A stretch of 64,000 nucleotides of DNA from Centroscyllium fabricii (GCA_051313645.2 JBNRSN020000016.1:94116001-94180000); one strand, 5' to 3'; positions 25,236 through 38,531 are shown, counted from the stretch's first letter. Numbers and translations: made by a program. Notes: generated from the sequence alone by a model not told the origin.

Positions 25236-27572
25236 TTAAACACTTCTATTAACTTGCAAGTCCTGCTTTTGCCCAGTCCAATATTTTACCAGACTCCAGC
25301 AGAAATGATCATGTAACTTTTATCTAATCTACAGTAGTGTAGTGGTTATTGTTTTTATTTTTAGAGACGAGTAATTCAGAGGCCCAGACTAATAATCCAT
25401 AGCACAAGTTCAAATCTCAACCATGGCAGTCTGAGAATCTGAATTCATTTTTTAAAAATGCAGAAATAGAAAGCTGGTACAGTATCAGTAAAGGTGACCA
25501 TCAAGCTGTCGGATTGCCATAAAAACAAGGTAAACAATAGTATGAATGTTCTTAAGTGTGTATAGCATTTTTGTATTTTTCCTCAAAGTATAGGTGAATT
25601 AAATATTCAAATCATACATTGTCGGTTTTCTTGCATTTCACTGCCTCTTCTCTGACAAGTAATCTTTAACAACCTGGAGTATGAAAAATATATATTATTC
25701 CATAAACGTAAATGATTAAAAGGTATGTGTTGATCTCAAAATGACTTTTGGCAACACCTCACAGAACAAACAACCCTTGCATTAATATTAAAGCTGTTTT
25801 ATGTGTACATAATATAAATGCTGGAGTAAAAACATGGGAGAGCAAGGCTATCTATCACTTACAGTAGGCCTATTTGCAGTCCTCACATTGAGATAGGGCA
25901 CTGAATTTTCTAATGATTTGTTCATAAGCAGCAGCATTTCATGACCCAGCAGTGAAGAATGGAAAGCCTCCTGCTATGAGCTGAATGGAACCCTTTAGTA
26001 GGCTCCTTGAAGAGCTCATTTTCGCATTACTCAGGCTTCATTATGCTGAATCAATATTCGTTTAGTCACTGGGGTTATTGACATATTTTAAAATAAAAGT
26101 ATACCCTTCAGCTATTGCACTCATTACAGGTAATTTGTCTTGTCAGGGAGCAGGGAATATTATCCCAGTCTTTCAAGAGCTGACAGCCCATGGAAATACC
26201 TCCCCATGGTTACAACTGTAAATAATTTTTTGGTAAAATATTGAAAAATCAATGACTGTTTCCTGCAATCTGTCACAAACAAATCAATCATAATCTGCAC
26301 AGCCAGAGAGTGTGATATAGGGAGGGGAAGGAGCAGATGCAATCTTCCAGTGAAATCTCTCATTTCAAAATCACTTCACATAATGGTGTCATCATTTAAA
26401 CACTTAACAGTCACTGCAACTGCCGCTCACAGCGTGGAATGGGAAAACCATGAGAAGGAGAAAAACCATCATTGTTATATAAACAAACATTTAATTTAAA
26501 TGGTTTCTGCATGAGCCAGTTCGAGGCCAACTACCTGTCAATATTACACAGCAGTTTTTTTTTCTGCTAATCAATTATGCATGCCTCACATGAAGCACAT
26601 GAACAATTTCACTGCAAATTAGCTCCTGCAGGAACTTAAAGCCTTTGATATGCATAGGTTCTATAAAAGTAAGAATTCTACTTAAATGTTTTTCCCAGGT
26701 ACTATGACTACAACTATTGCCATTTTCTGTTCTTCACAAAATAAAAATATCTGTAGTGCATTTGTGGCACATCAATTTAATCTGATAAGTAATGAATATA
26801 TGAATTCACAATAGCACTCCATACATGGTTGCATGTATCTATGTACTGTATAATAATACAGCGCACTGTGAATAGAACACAGATGACTGTCTTTCACCTC
26901 AAGAGTCACAGGTTTCAATACCCAAAGGAGGAAAATGGTGAAAAAGTCTCTGTCTATTGCCTTGGGGCAAATGTATTGGACTGGTGACTATTATCCAGCT
27001 ACTTAAAGGACGAAAGGTTGCGTGAACAGCATGGTACAGAATATTATGATAGATACTGTATAGTGCACACACACTTTCCTCTGACATGGATTAAGGGGTT
27101 TCACAGCAGGGTTTTTTCCCCCTATTGGGGATTTTATATCCTCCCAATCTCTTTGTTTCTGTTTTCCTCGCCATCTGAAAATCTAAAGTAAAAATGTTTT
27201 GACGGGGTGAAAACAAACACCAAAAGAACTCCAAGTAGCCATAATTATTCAGTCCTAAGATTATTAGGAGTTTGTAACATTTCAGTATTTAATCAGCTAT
27301 TAAACAATTGTGTCAGTTATTGTTTTATGTTAAGTAAAAAGTACCATTCTACTGTAAACACTTTATTCAACATTGTAACCATCCTTCACATCATAATTGC
27401 AAGATACATAATTGTAGATTTATAATAAAGATACTGCAGATGTGTGTGTGGATATGAAAAAGAGAGAAAAGAAAGAGGGAAAGGGAGGGAGAAGTCAAGT
27501 CATAGCAAACTGTGAAATATTGTAATTGCCACAAGTGATGCTGACCAGGTATTCTCAAACAACATAAAGTAA

Positions 27573-27777
27573 TGATGTGGAGATGCCGGTGTTGGACTGG
27601 GGTGGACAAATGTACGAAGTCACACAACACCAGGTTATAGTCCAACAGCTTTATTAGAAATCACAAGCTTTCGGAGCGTTGCTCCTTCGTCAGGTAAACT
27701 GATGAAGGAGCAGCGCTCCGAAAGCTTGAGATTTCTAATAAAGCTGTTGGATTATAACCTGGTGTTGTGTGACTTCT
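27573..27777. mobile_element. Palindromic Penelope-type short retroelement with hammerhead cores on both strands
   Basis: Long inverted repeat; ctgatga-a-ggagc-agc-gctcc-gaaa at 27699-27723 plus a mirror copy; 12-bp TSD aacataaagtaa. Confidence 0.8.
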
Positions 27778-30700
27778 AACATAAAGTAAGTTACAGTCAG
27801 CCTCAGAAGTGGAAATAAAAATCATAATCATGTCTGACTAGGTCATATTTTGTTCCAAACCAGCTAAACAAAATGTTATGTTACAATGATGGAGTTGACC
27901 CATTTACTAAAGGGACACATTAATTTTGGATAGCTGCCATTATTATTACAGTTGTACCCATTGTGAAAGTCATTTCAATTGGTGAGGTGGCACCCTGGAG
28001 TTTTCATCAGGGAGAGAATGAGCAATCTGGGGAACCTCTGGGAAGGAAACAGCAGTCCAGGTGGCCTTGGGGAGGAAAGCAGCAGTTGTGGCAGCGTTGG
28101 GGGGGCTCAGAGCGGGAACTGTACTGGGCTGTACTGTCTTGTACAGAAATAGCTCCTGTAAGGCTCGTGCCAACATAGCAACTACCGAAACAAGGTTACT
28201 TCCACAGTCAGCAGGCCACACTCATGTATAAATCAAGTGTACAACATTGTACTGTACCTGAACCTGAACACAAAAAAGAGAAAATGCTGGGGTCTGAGTG
28301 CAGCAGGTAAGCAGGCTGCCCTTTTCCCTGAAGCATTTAGGACCAAATCTATGGGATGAATGCCTCTCTTCTTCTGTTTCCAAGTTTCTTGCATGAAATG
28401 AGTTTGGATGGTCTCTGCCTATTTCCTAGTGGATATGGAACCGTGGCAAAAAATTGCCCCAAATTTGCAATCCCAAGCAGACAGACTAAGATGGTTGCTG
28501 TCGGAAAATGGAAATATTATGCTGATCCAGAAGAGGTTGAGACTAAAAATACATTATTGGTGTTAATAATAGAGGGAGCATTACTCTGCAGCTGGCTGTG
28601 CTACAACCGTTCTGGGAGTGGTTGATGCCAATACAGTGTCTGAATTGGAAAAGTGTTCTATTCCTCAGCATTAACATCCCTTAATAATCACAGAATTAAA
28701 ATAGAAGAATGTATTGGGGATCTAATACTATAAATATTTAACTTAATAAATAACTCACATATGATGATTCGTTCAGTTTAATTCAAATTGTCAAACTGAA
28801 TAAATATATTCTACACTTTGAAGATTATGTACAATGATCTGCAATCAGAAACATAGTATTACATATTCTGCAAATCTTTGCACTGTTCTATACACTTTTA
28901 AACATTTTGCAATAAAGTAAATGACCATGTGACTCACCAAAAGTCCAAATGTTTTCCAGCAGTTAACACATCATAATGGCACTTTTCCAATAGCTACTTT
29001 TCTTTCACTTAAACTAATAAAAACCTGAGTCTAATCCCATGAGTCAATCCGGTCAGAAAAGTACTTTGCTTAATTAAAAAAAATCATTAGGAGACTTGCA
29101 TTCAGCCTGTAACAATATTCTAGATGCATGGATTTAATGCTTCTTATATATTGTAGCAATTATTAATTGGCATCTTGCATTCCATGTATAATTCAATTTT
29201 TTTCAATAATGGCTAGACTCACTTGGCTGATGAAACAGGACAATTTTCTTTTAAATTTCATCAAAAATAATGTCAATGGCACTACACAGTGGGATTATTG
29301 CATAGAAACACAACAAATTTGTAACAGATGTTAGATGTAATATACGGACTACTTAAAAGGTACATATATGTTACAAAGTCTAATAATAAAGTGTTATTGA
29401 AAAGAAAATTACATTTAGTAACTGAATATAATTGGAGTGGAGTGGACAGAAGTAGAGCCAAAAACATATTGATGCTTACCTGGATAATTTAGCTGGCCAG
29501 ATGCATGAAGGTACATGGGATAAGCTCAATTTAAAATAAGCTATCTAGATATTACATAGTTGATGGCACAGCTCTTGTAATTCTAGTCCCATGGTTTTGT
29601 AATACATTGCTGATAATACACATTGTAGCATCTTTAGCCAAACATGTTTGATATCAGATTTCCACCGTCTATACAATCCAATTTATCCTGCCAGTTTAAA
29701 AATATTTAGCCCATATGAAAATATAAATAACACACATCTGCATTAAATTATATATGAATAGCAATTACTATTGAAATTAACAGCACATTACTAGTTTACC
29801 TGTAGATTTGTTGTAAATAGTTTGACATGTTTTTGTAGTTTCAGCAAACAGTGTAAATATTTTCTTCCATGTCAAATCATAGAATCTTTTCTCTTGGAAA
29901 AGCTTCTCTAACTGCCCTGACCCTCAATGTAAGGCCTGGGGACATGACCTGACCCATTAAATTCGGGTGTATCTTAGCTTGGACATACAAAGTACACGTC
30001 AAGTACACTCTACCCATTCAGCGCCTGGACAGATATTTGGCTATATATTGTTAATTTATTTTGTGCTCATCAAGATGAGGGGCGTTAGTGCTGGTAATCA
30101 GGCATCCAGTATCAGCATTGAGTACTCGCAGGTCAGGTATAGCACAGCCAGACGCAAGGTGAAATTCTGCCCACCAGGACTCAACCCCAACCTCAGAAGA
30201 GAAGACTTTCATCCCGTCAGTCTGAGCTGGATTTGAATCCAGGTCCCAGAGGCAAAAGGCTAGTGTCTAACACGTTGCTACATTTACCTACAAAACAACA
30301 GTGACCACACTTCCAAAGTAACCGATAGCCAGTGAGAGCTTTGGAAACTTCCGAGCATGGGAACGTTGCTAAATAAATTCAAGTTCTTTCTTTCTCACAC
30401 AGTAATTTAAAGTGGTTTTGTGGAAGTGGTGCTCACTATTCCAGATAACTTAAGCATGCTATGATATTAAGTTCTTGACTAACTTACATCTGGAAAGGAT
30501 TTTGCGGGAGGAGGGGTGGTAAGGAGAAAGAAAACAATGCCAAGATGCAAAACTTCTCAATTGCATATAATATTTAGAATCCGGTGTATTTAATTAAACA
30601 TATGCTGATGTAATTATTTTTAATTGTGACACTGGATTTACATAATTGTTGACAGAACAAAAACATGTGCAAGATTAAAGAGCAGTAAAAATGTGACAAT

Positions 30701-32230
30701 GGGACAAAACACACAAACAACTTTATAAATGGCAACGCCTTTATTTGTGGACATTGACTTTTAAACAATTCCAAAACTTTTAGCATTATAGTTTATACTG
30801 AAAAAACGCTAAAACGATTAAATAGTAAAAATTCTTTTAAAATAGGAATACATAACAGACTGTGCCATAACAGTAACTTAAATTCATTAATGCTAGTGAA
30901 AGCATATTAAGGCATTTTTGAATTACTGAGATGACAGGTTACTATTTTAATAGATGGGGAAACAGATAGTTCCTCTCATATCCATTTTTCTGAAGAAACT
31001 GAGTTTGATAAGAGGTAGTCATGTATAAATGTTGTTAAAAATCAAATAAAAAGAACTTTCCAAAGTATCAAGATGTCAAATTAGTCTTCATAAGTTAGTA
31101 GATAGGCACTTGGACAAACAGCTGAACAACACAGTCAAAGATTTCAAATGTATTCATTTTTAAACTTTACTGCAACAACTGGTTTTTAAAAAGTTGCAGA
31201 TAAAAATAATTTCATAATATTCCTGCATTTGTCACTCATACTAAAAAGCAATCACTCGTGCTCTTATTTAAGATAGTTATGAACACTTGGTAGTTATTCT
31301 AAGACCAGATAGCATTATTATAAGTCATAATCCCTTACATAAATGTAAATCCAGCACCATATGACATGACAATAACTGTACCACTTTGCTGTTATTTCAG
31401 TATACTATCTTTATGTTTTGTACATGGTTGTTTTATGGCATCTTAAGAGTCTGATAAGAAAATTCATCCTCTTCATATTGATTAGTACAATTAAATAACA
31501 TACCCCAAGTGTTGTATGGTCAATTAAAATGAAGCACTTATAGTTCCAAGTACCTGTACCCATTATTCTAAATATTTATGCAACTTTTCAACAAATGATT
31601 TATTACAAGTACAGTAATGCATTATATGTATAAGTCCAATTGGTAGAGTATATAATGTCCAAATAAGTGTTGTATGTACTTGATAGATTAGTTTTCATGA
31701 GATCTGCTTGCTCCAAAATCTAAAACAAATAAGTGTTTGTGGTGTTGAAGATCAAAGAACCATGAGTCTGGTGCAGCAAATGTCCAATTATCGTCAAATC
31801 CAGATGGAGGAGTTCTCAACAATTGATGTCCTATTGTGCATTTAATTCAGTGCTCTCCCTCCTTTCAAACCAATAAAGACCTTTCTGTAACTGATAGGTG
31901 TTTTTTTAAACCAATATAAAAAGATGGTACAAAATGTAAATGCATCAAACTGAAGCAGGGTTTCCTCTGGTTGTGCAGCTCCATCACAGCCCCTGTATTT
32001 CCAATGGAGATACTCCAGACACTTCCCATTACTAGAGTGGCTTTGCAGGAAGCAAAATCCTACTCGAGCTAATATGCACATCTTTTTATTAAAAAAAACA
32101 CAGAAACATTTGGTAGATTAGAATTTTTTTTGACAGGTTCCTTTCCCCTTTAAACTAAGTCTACAGAGACGGTGGTTTGGGAAACCTCATTAATGTACAT
32201 AAAGCAGTAAACAGCAAAGATAGACTGAAT

Positions 32231-32622
32231 GGCACGGTGGCATAGTGGTTAGCACTGTTGCCTCACAACACTAGAGACCCGGGTTCAAATCCGGCCTCGG
32301 GTACTATCTGTGTGGAGTTTGCATATTCTCCCCGTGTCTGCGTGGGTTTCCTCCAGGTGCTCCGGTTTCCTCCCACAGTCCAAAGATGTGCGGGTTAGGT
32401 TGATTGGCCATGATAAAATTGACCCTTAGTGTTAGGGGGATTGAATATCTGGGGTTACGGGGATAGGGTGGGATATGTGTCGGTGCAGGCTCGATAGGGA
32501 TCAAGGGATATGGGGAGAGGGCAGGGACAGGGTACTGAGTTTGGATGATCAGCCATGATCTCGTTGAATGGCAGAGCAGGCTCAAAGGGCTGACTCCTGC
32601 TCCTATCTTCTATGTTTCTATG
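32231..32622 (+). mobile_element. Full-length HE1-like V-SINE
   Basis: tRNA-like head ggcacggtggcatagtggttagc, V-domain, CR1-derived tail ...ctatcttctatgtttctatg. Confidence 0.92.
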
Positions 32623-33162
32623 AACGCTGAATATTGCTTTAAAGAAGTCATGCAGATAGGACCAAAAGACATGCATTTAAATTAATGGAAAGTAAATTTA
32701 ATACAGCTATTATAAGTTTATTCACTCAAAGGGTGATAAACATTTGGAATAATATATCAGGGAAGGTCAAAGGTTGAAGAATGCAGTTCACCGCCATCTT
32801 CTCAAGGGCAACTAGGGGACGGGCAATAAATGCTGGGCGTGATGCCCACATCCCATCAACAAATAAAAAAAAACATTAGGAGCATTCAAAATGCGATTTG
32901 TTGTTATACTAGGCAGAGTAATGGAGGAATGAGCTTCTATGGGCCATATGGCCTTTACTCATTTGTAACTTTTGTTTTATTTCCTTAAATTCAAAATAAT
33001 GGACAGCTCATAATAATTACGCAACAGTCATCCTATAAGGGCTTTAGATGATATCATATAGCACAAGATTGGAACTCCAATAGTTTATAATGATCACCCT
33101 TTAAGCCCTGGTGTCGTTCTGGTGACTCTGCGCTCTACCCCTTCTAAGGCCAATAGATCTTT

Positions 33163-33570
33163 AGAAACATAGAAACATAGAAGATAGGAGCAGGAGTAGG
33201 CCATTCGGCCCTTCGAGCCTGCTCCGCCATTCAATGAGATCATGGCTGATCATCCAAACCCAGCACCCCGTCCCTGCCTTGTCCCCATATCCCTTGATCC
33301 CTATCGAGCCTGCACTGACACATATCCCACGCTATCCCCGTAACCCCACATACTTAATCCCCCTAACACTAAGGGTCAATTTATCATGGCCAATCAACCT
33401 AACCCGCACATCTTTGGACTGTGGGAGGAAACCGGAGCACCCGGAGGAAACCCACGCAGACACGGGGAGAATGTGCAAACTCCACACAGATAGTACCCGA
33501 GGCTGGATTTGAACCCGGGTCTCCAGTGCTGTGAGACAACAGTGCTAACCACTGTGCCACCGTGCCGCCC
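33163..33570 (-). mobile_element. Full-length HE1-like V-SINE
   Basis: Reverse-complement copy of 32231-32622. Confidence 0.92.
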
Positions 33571-33594
33571 TGAGGTTCGATGCCTAAATCTAAA

Positions 33595-34520
33595 TGCAGC
33601 ACTCCTGGGGGACTGACAAAGGCACTGTACAACTGAAGCATCACTTCCTCACTTTTGTATTCCAATCCTCTTGAGATAATGCCCAATATTTAATTAGTCT
33701 TGTTGATTACTTTTTGTACCTGCGCGCCAGCTTCTCACGGATTTGTGTACATGGACACCCAAATCCCTTTGCTCCTTCACAGCTCCCAGTCTCTCGCCAT
33801 TAATAAAATATTCCAATTTGTCTTTCTCAGATCTAAAGTAGATAGCCCCATGCTTTCCCACATTAAACTCGATCTGCTGTAGTTTTGCCCACTCACTTAG
33901 TCTGTTTATGTCCCGAAGTGTGCAATGAATGGAACTGAATTAGCACAAGGTGATAAGGTGGTGCAGTGTAGCCAGGAACAGCAGAATACAAGTCTACAGA
34001 AGTTATGCAAACCCTTTATAATTCACGAATTTATCGCACTTAGAATACCGTGTTCAGGTGTCATCGTATTGACACAAAAAAGTATATTTGCATTAGGTAG
34101 GGCACAGAAAGAACAGCAAGATTGACCCCAGTATAATAGGGATGAGCTATCAGGAAACAATAAAAAGCAGAAGGTTTATAGTACAGAAAGATGCTGTTAA
34201 TGAGGGGACCACGTCAAACGATATACAATATTAAATGTTATAGATAAGGTAAACCCAGATTGTTACTTTAAAGTAGGACATGGGGACATAATTGAAAATT
34301 AATTGAAAGAAAATTTGCCGCAGATATCAAAAAACACGTCTTTACTCAAGAGTGATAATATTTGGAATAATGTACCAAATAAGGTAATAGAGGCAAAAAC
34401 ATTAGTGTTATTCAAAATAAAACTACTATAGATGCCATGATGGGCAGATTAAGATACTAGAGGAGTGAGATTTAATGAGTCAAATAACCCTTTCTCATCC
34501 CTAACTTTTCTGATGTTCTT
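33595..34520. mobile_element. Old degraded CR1 fragments in both orientations
   Basis: - strand GIISRGLEYKSEEVMLQLY; + strand decayed CR1 3'-end-like sequence. Confidence 0.6.
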
Positions 34521-35748
34521 AAAATTAACTGAACTCAAGTTCCCCATTTAGGGTATTTTGTATTCATCCTGTTAATAAGCACCAACTCTGTAAATTTGCA
34601 ATTTCTGGAGAGTAAATTAAAAGATCATAACCACCATTTTTGCACCTACATGCAGAAGTTTACCTGTAATTATAATTTCCGCTTTCTAAAAGAACACATA
34701 CTTACAAATAACAAAAGAAAAGATGAGCATGCTACAGAACCATTCATATACGGATTATAAAGCAAGTCAAAGAGACATCTTCATGTGAAGTGTGTCAAAT
34801 TTGATCAAAAATATGTGGGAAACATTTCAATTGTAATTGCAATTCTATCTTCAGTTATTTCTATGCACAGCACTGTAATACACCAAGTCTGACAGTTTAC
34901 AAAAGCTATGCTGTATCTACAACATTCAGTTTTGTATAATTTACTGTAAATTATATGTAATGATCTATTTTCTTACAAAAAAGGAAATGTCAAAATCTGA
35001 CAAGCGGTTTATGCTTTCATTACAGCATGCAAGATATGTACAAACTATTATTTCAAAATTATGGAGAACTCTGAAAACAGAATTATTATTTACCAGTATT
35101 ATAAACAAAACTGTGTTTGCTCTTAAAATATACTTTGTACTTATATTGTACTTAGAAGATTGTAAACAAATAGGAATTTGTGTTGTAATACAATAGATAT
35201 TTTTAAATTATTGTTATTCATATTTAATAGATACGTTGTTAATGGCAATTACAAGAGTCACCTATAACTTTGCGGTGGCACTCATTCTAAGGCTGTAACT
35301 TAATACTTTTAAACCAAGATTTTAGTTTTTCATGTATACCTTTCTGCAGTATTGCGCAATGTAGCAGTGATGTTCAAAAGCTAAGAAACCTCACTTTAAT
35401 CTCACAAGAATAAACACATTCAAGGTATGTTCAGACTATTTTTGATATTTCTATTCTGCTGCAAGAATAATCGGACTCAACTCAAAACTGCACAAATAAG
35501 ATGCAAAACAATAAAGTTAGAGTTTTTTATTACATCAAATAAACTAACCAACCAGTAACAAACAAGAAATTAAATCTCCAAGGAATCTGTCAAAAAAATT
35601 GCAGTTAAGTGCTCAGATACTTGAGAACACTTAATGATTTTTTAAATTTTAAAAAGGAAGCACATACATTTCTCATGACAATACTTAGAATTTTTTATAC
35701 TGTAAATTTGCTAAAATAGGCAAATTGGTTTCAGTGGGGCAGCCTTAC

Positions 35749-35810
35749 CTCTTTTTCTATGATAAAACCAACTTTTGTAAGCACATCTTTGAAATGTTTT
35801 CAGTTTCTGT
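35749..35810 (-). pseudogene. sowah: Sowah coding exon 2 (62 nt, phase 1 to phase 0) with in-frame TGA
   Basis: ttttag|ACAGAAACTGAAAACATTTCAAAG...GAAAAAGAG|gtaagg. Spliced to exon 1 it reads DRN*KHFKDVLTKVGFIIEKE, matching the Sowah N-terminal R-x-x-FK-x-x-(V/L) segment as recalled. Confidence 0.72.
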
Positions 35811-37881
35811 CTAAAAGGATAAAAAATATATATATTCAGACAAGCTCATCCATGACAGTTTTAATTTTTTAAGTAAATTTGACAAAAATGCTTGTAATTT
35901 GTTTTATGGGAATTATGTTTCTATATAGTTCTGGTTAAATTATTTTGGTCTTACTTCTCCTCAAGTGCTTTGACGTTATCTTGTAAACACCTGGTGCCAG
36001 GGCTGGATGTTCTGGGCCTTAGACCATGTTGGTTTACAGTTTGATGTCCTAAGATGGAGCATCTCATCTTAGTGTGCAGTACTGTAGCACCCAGCTGAGA
36101 ACTGATGGAGCTCAAGCAGTGGCAAGCAAATGCAATTGACAGGCATAACTATCACTTGAACCTAGAACCATTCTTTCATGAGACAAATATTTTATTACCT
36201 GTGATAGGTTAATAGCTACTTCTACCACCACAGTGATGCCTGATCACTGTACATCTTTGTTATAGAATTCCTAGTTACAAATTTCAAGATGCACTTTACC
36301 CAAGTAAATGCAGATGAAAATACGTGTATGCTTACTGGGGGTGAAAGTTAGAATCAGTAAATGTTGCCATAAATTCTGTGCTTCTGCTTGAATCTTTTTG
36401 AACTATATCACTGGCACACTGCTATATATAAAGTATAAAGAAAAGAAATATAGACATGACCACTTCTAATTAGAAAACTACATGATTACAACTGTTGCAA
36501 TAATATTTGCTTGTTTTGCAACTAATTATAGACCTTTCTAAAAATAAATGTTACAGCAATACAAAAATACATCAAATATCTCGTACGATTTGTCTTACTT
36601 TTAATAGTGATTTCTTCTCCCTGTAACCATTTGAAAATGAAAGACACTGTCAAAATTAGCGAAACCTCAAAACAAGGGGCACTGTCTGGATACAGCATTT
36701 CATCACTAATTTGCATGACAATGTTATTTCCAGAAGTAGAATCCAGTCTACTTCTACAGTAAATAATAACCCACATTGCATTACACAGATTGTGACTTTG
36801 AAAATCTATAGAAGTAACATGCATTTTCTTAAGGCAAATACTATATACAGATATTGGTTTTCCTCTATAATCAAAATTGTCACAAAGAAATAAAATATAC
36901 AGATATACAAATTGCTATACTTAACAGCCACTTCCAATTTTAATTGTTGTCTTATTTTTATCTTGCAAAACCCACCTTACTAGATAGAACCTATGTGTTA
37001 ACCATACTAAATGTATGCATTCATTTTTCTGAAAATTCTTAGTGTGCCAGTGATGGTGCTGAAAGAAACATTTTTCAGGGCAGTTATAATTTAACAATTG
37101 AATATATACCGGTTACTATCCATTTTCAGAGTCAATGACAAATAATAATTCATATTTATAATAAAAAGATTATATCCTGTAAATGGCATATATTTACCAG
37201 GTATGTTTAAACGGTTAGTTTTAAAGATAAAATCTGATTTACACAACTACTGTTTCAAGATAGAAATTACAACATTTAGTTTGTTTTAGATGATGTATTA
37301 AATTGCTACATTGACAAAATAAATGCAACAAAAATAGTCCATATTATGTTTTGGTTACAAAGTTCATTCATTTCCATCAAGAAATATTTTGCAAGTATGA
37401 AAGTATAGAACGTACATCAGCATTTAATAGACACTTGCAACGGATTATTTTGATATAAAGGTTTCAGGAAAATAACATTTTATTTAGAAAATATACTGAT
37501 ACATTGTCAATGAATCTAAACGTCAACCAGGATTTTTTTAATTTTTGCTTTGTTTTCCGAAAGGTACATAAACCAGGCTATCCAGTGTTTAAACCTAACG
37601 CGGCACCGTCTGTTTATTCGGCGGTCGACAAAAAAGGTGCTGACGAGTGAGTGCCAGCTTCACCAAAGCAAACCTGCCGATCGCAATCAGTTTCAGGTCA
37701 GGCTTTTCAAATCAAGGAGGAAGTTTCCTTTGACGGCTGGGCCCCTGAGCGGGCGTGAAAAGGGGCAGCAGCGAAAGTCCCGGCTACTGAGAGCGTGCAT
37801 GTGTTTGAAGCCAGGCAGCACTGTTTACTGACCCTGTGCCGCAAGTAAAACTACACCTGCTTTCAATCCTCAACAGAATTA

Positions 37882-38023
37882 AAGAGGTCACACAACACCA
37901 GGTTATATTCCAACAACGCTCCGAAAGCTTGTGATTTCTAATCACGCTGTTGGACTATAACCTGGTGTTGTGTGACCTCTTACAATTGTCCACCCCAGCC
38001 CAACACCCGCACCTCCCCATCAT
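37882..38023. mobile_element. Palindromic Penelope-type element, reversed copy with centre deleted
   Basis: gtcacacaacaccaggttata...tataacctggtgttgtgtgac plus caccccagcccaacacccgcacctccccatcat. Confidence 0.75.
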
Positions 38024-38395
38024 GACCAGAATGATTTGGCTCTCCTTGTCTTCATGAAGAAATCTCTTTTCGCCGTGGCATTCCGTTACAACATTGTTAC
38101 TAAATCCGCGCACCCTCCCAACCAGAGAAAACTTTCAATGTGGGGAGTGAGGACGTTCACCGCATTCACCTTTAAAGAAAAAAAATAGCAAACACTCTCA
38201 GACGCTGGCACGGTGCAATGAATAATCCGCCCAGATCAGACATTTTCTAAATCGATTTTCTGACGTTAAGCAAAATTTTTTAAAGTTTCAAATATGCACC
38301 GGAAGACAAATCAATGGCTAAACGGCGCAGGGAGGATTTCAAAGCCCCGGGATCATCCCCAGGTCCTAAAATACACACAGCAGTCAGTGACTTAC

Positions 38396-38531
38396 CCCGC
38401 AGGTCTGGCGCTGCGTGGTGCAAGCCCGCTTTAAAGACGTTGACTAGTTCTGAATATTTTATCTTGCCCCCTCTGTGGTGAATGAGAGTTAAGATACAAT
38501 CCGCACTCAGCTCCGCCGCCGCCGAGGTCAT
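38396..38531 (-). pseudogene. sowah: Sowah (sosondowah ankyrin-repeat family) coding exon 1, N-terminal domain
   Basis: ATG at 38531; MTSAAAELSADCILTLIHHRGGKIKYSELVNVFKAGLHHAAPDLR resembles the Sowah N-terminus (EL(S/T)...GG(K/R)V.N..L...FK). Consensus donor GG|gtaagt; located beside Irx as in the known Irx-Sowah linkage. Confidence 0.78.

Noticed and set aside
27573-27777. miRNA precursor or CRISPR-like repeat
   Set aside because: Dispersed copies with TSDs and variable central deletions indicate a retro-insert; there is no repeat-spacer array and the DNA is eukaryotic.
26897-28262. Additional Sowah coding exons (splice-like signals at 26897-27182 and 27960-28262)
   Set aside because: Plausible AG/GT pairs, but the translations have stops and no recognisable Sowah motif.
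32231-32305. tRNA genes
   Set aside because: The tRNA-like box A/B sequences are SINE heads that continue into a V-domain and LINE tail.
35800-35802. Selenocysteine or programmed read-through at the Sowah TGA
   Set aside because: The aligned residue is Arg, not Cys; the context TGA-AAA is not leaky; no SECIS can be assessed in this window. CGA>TGA is simpler.
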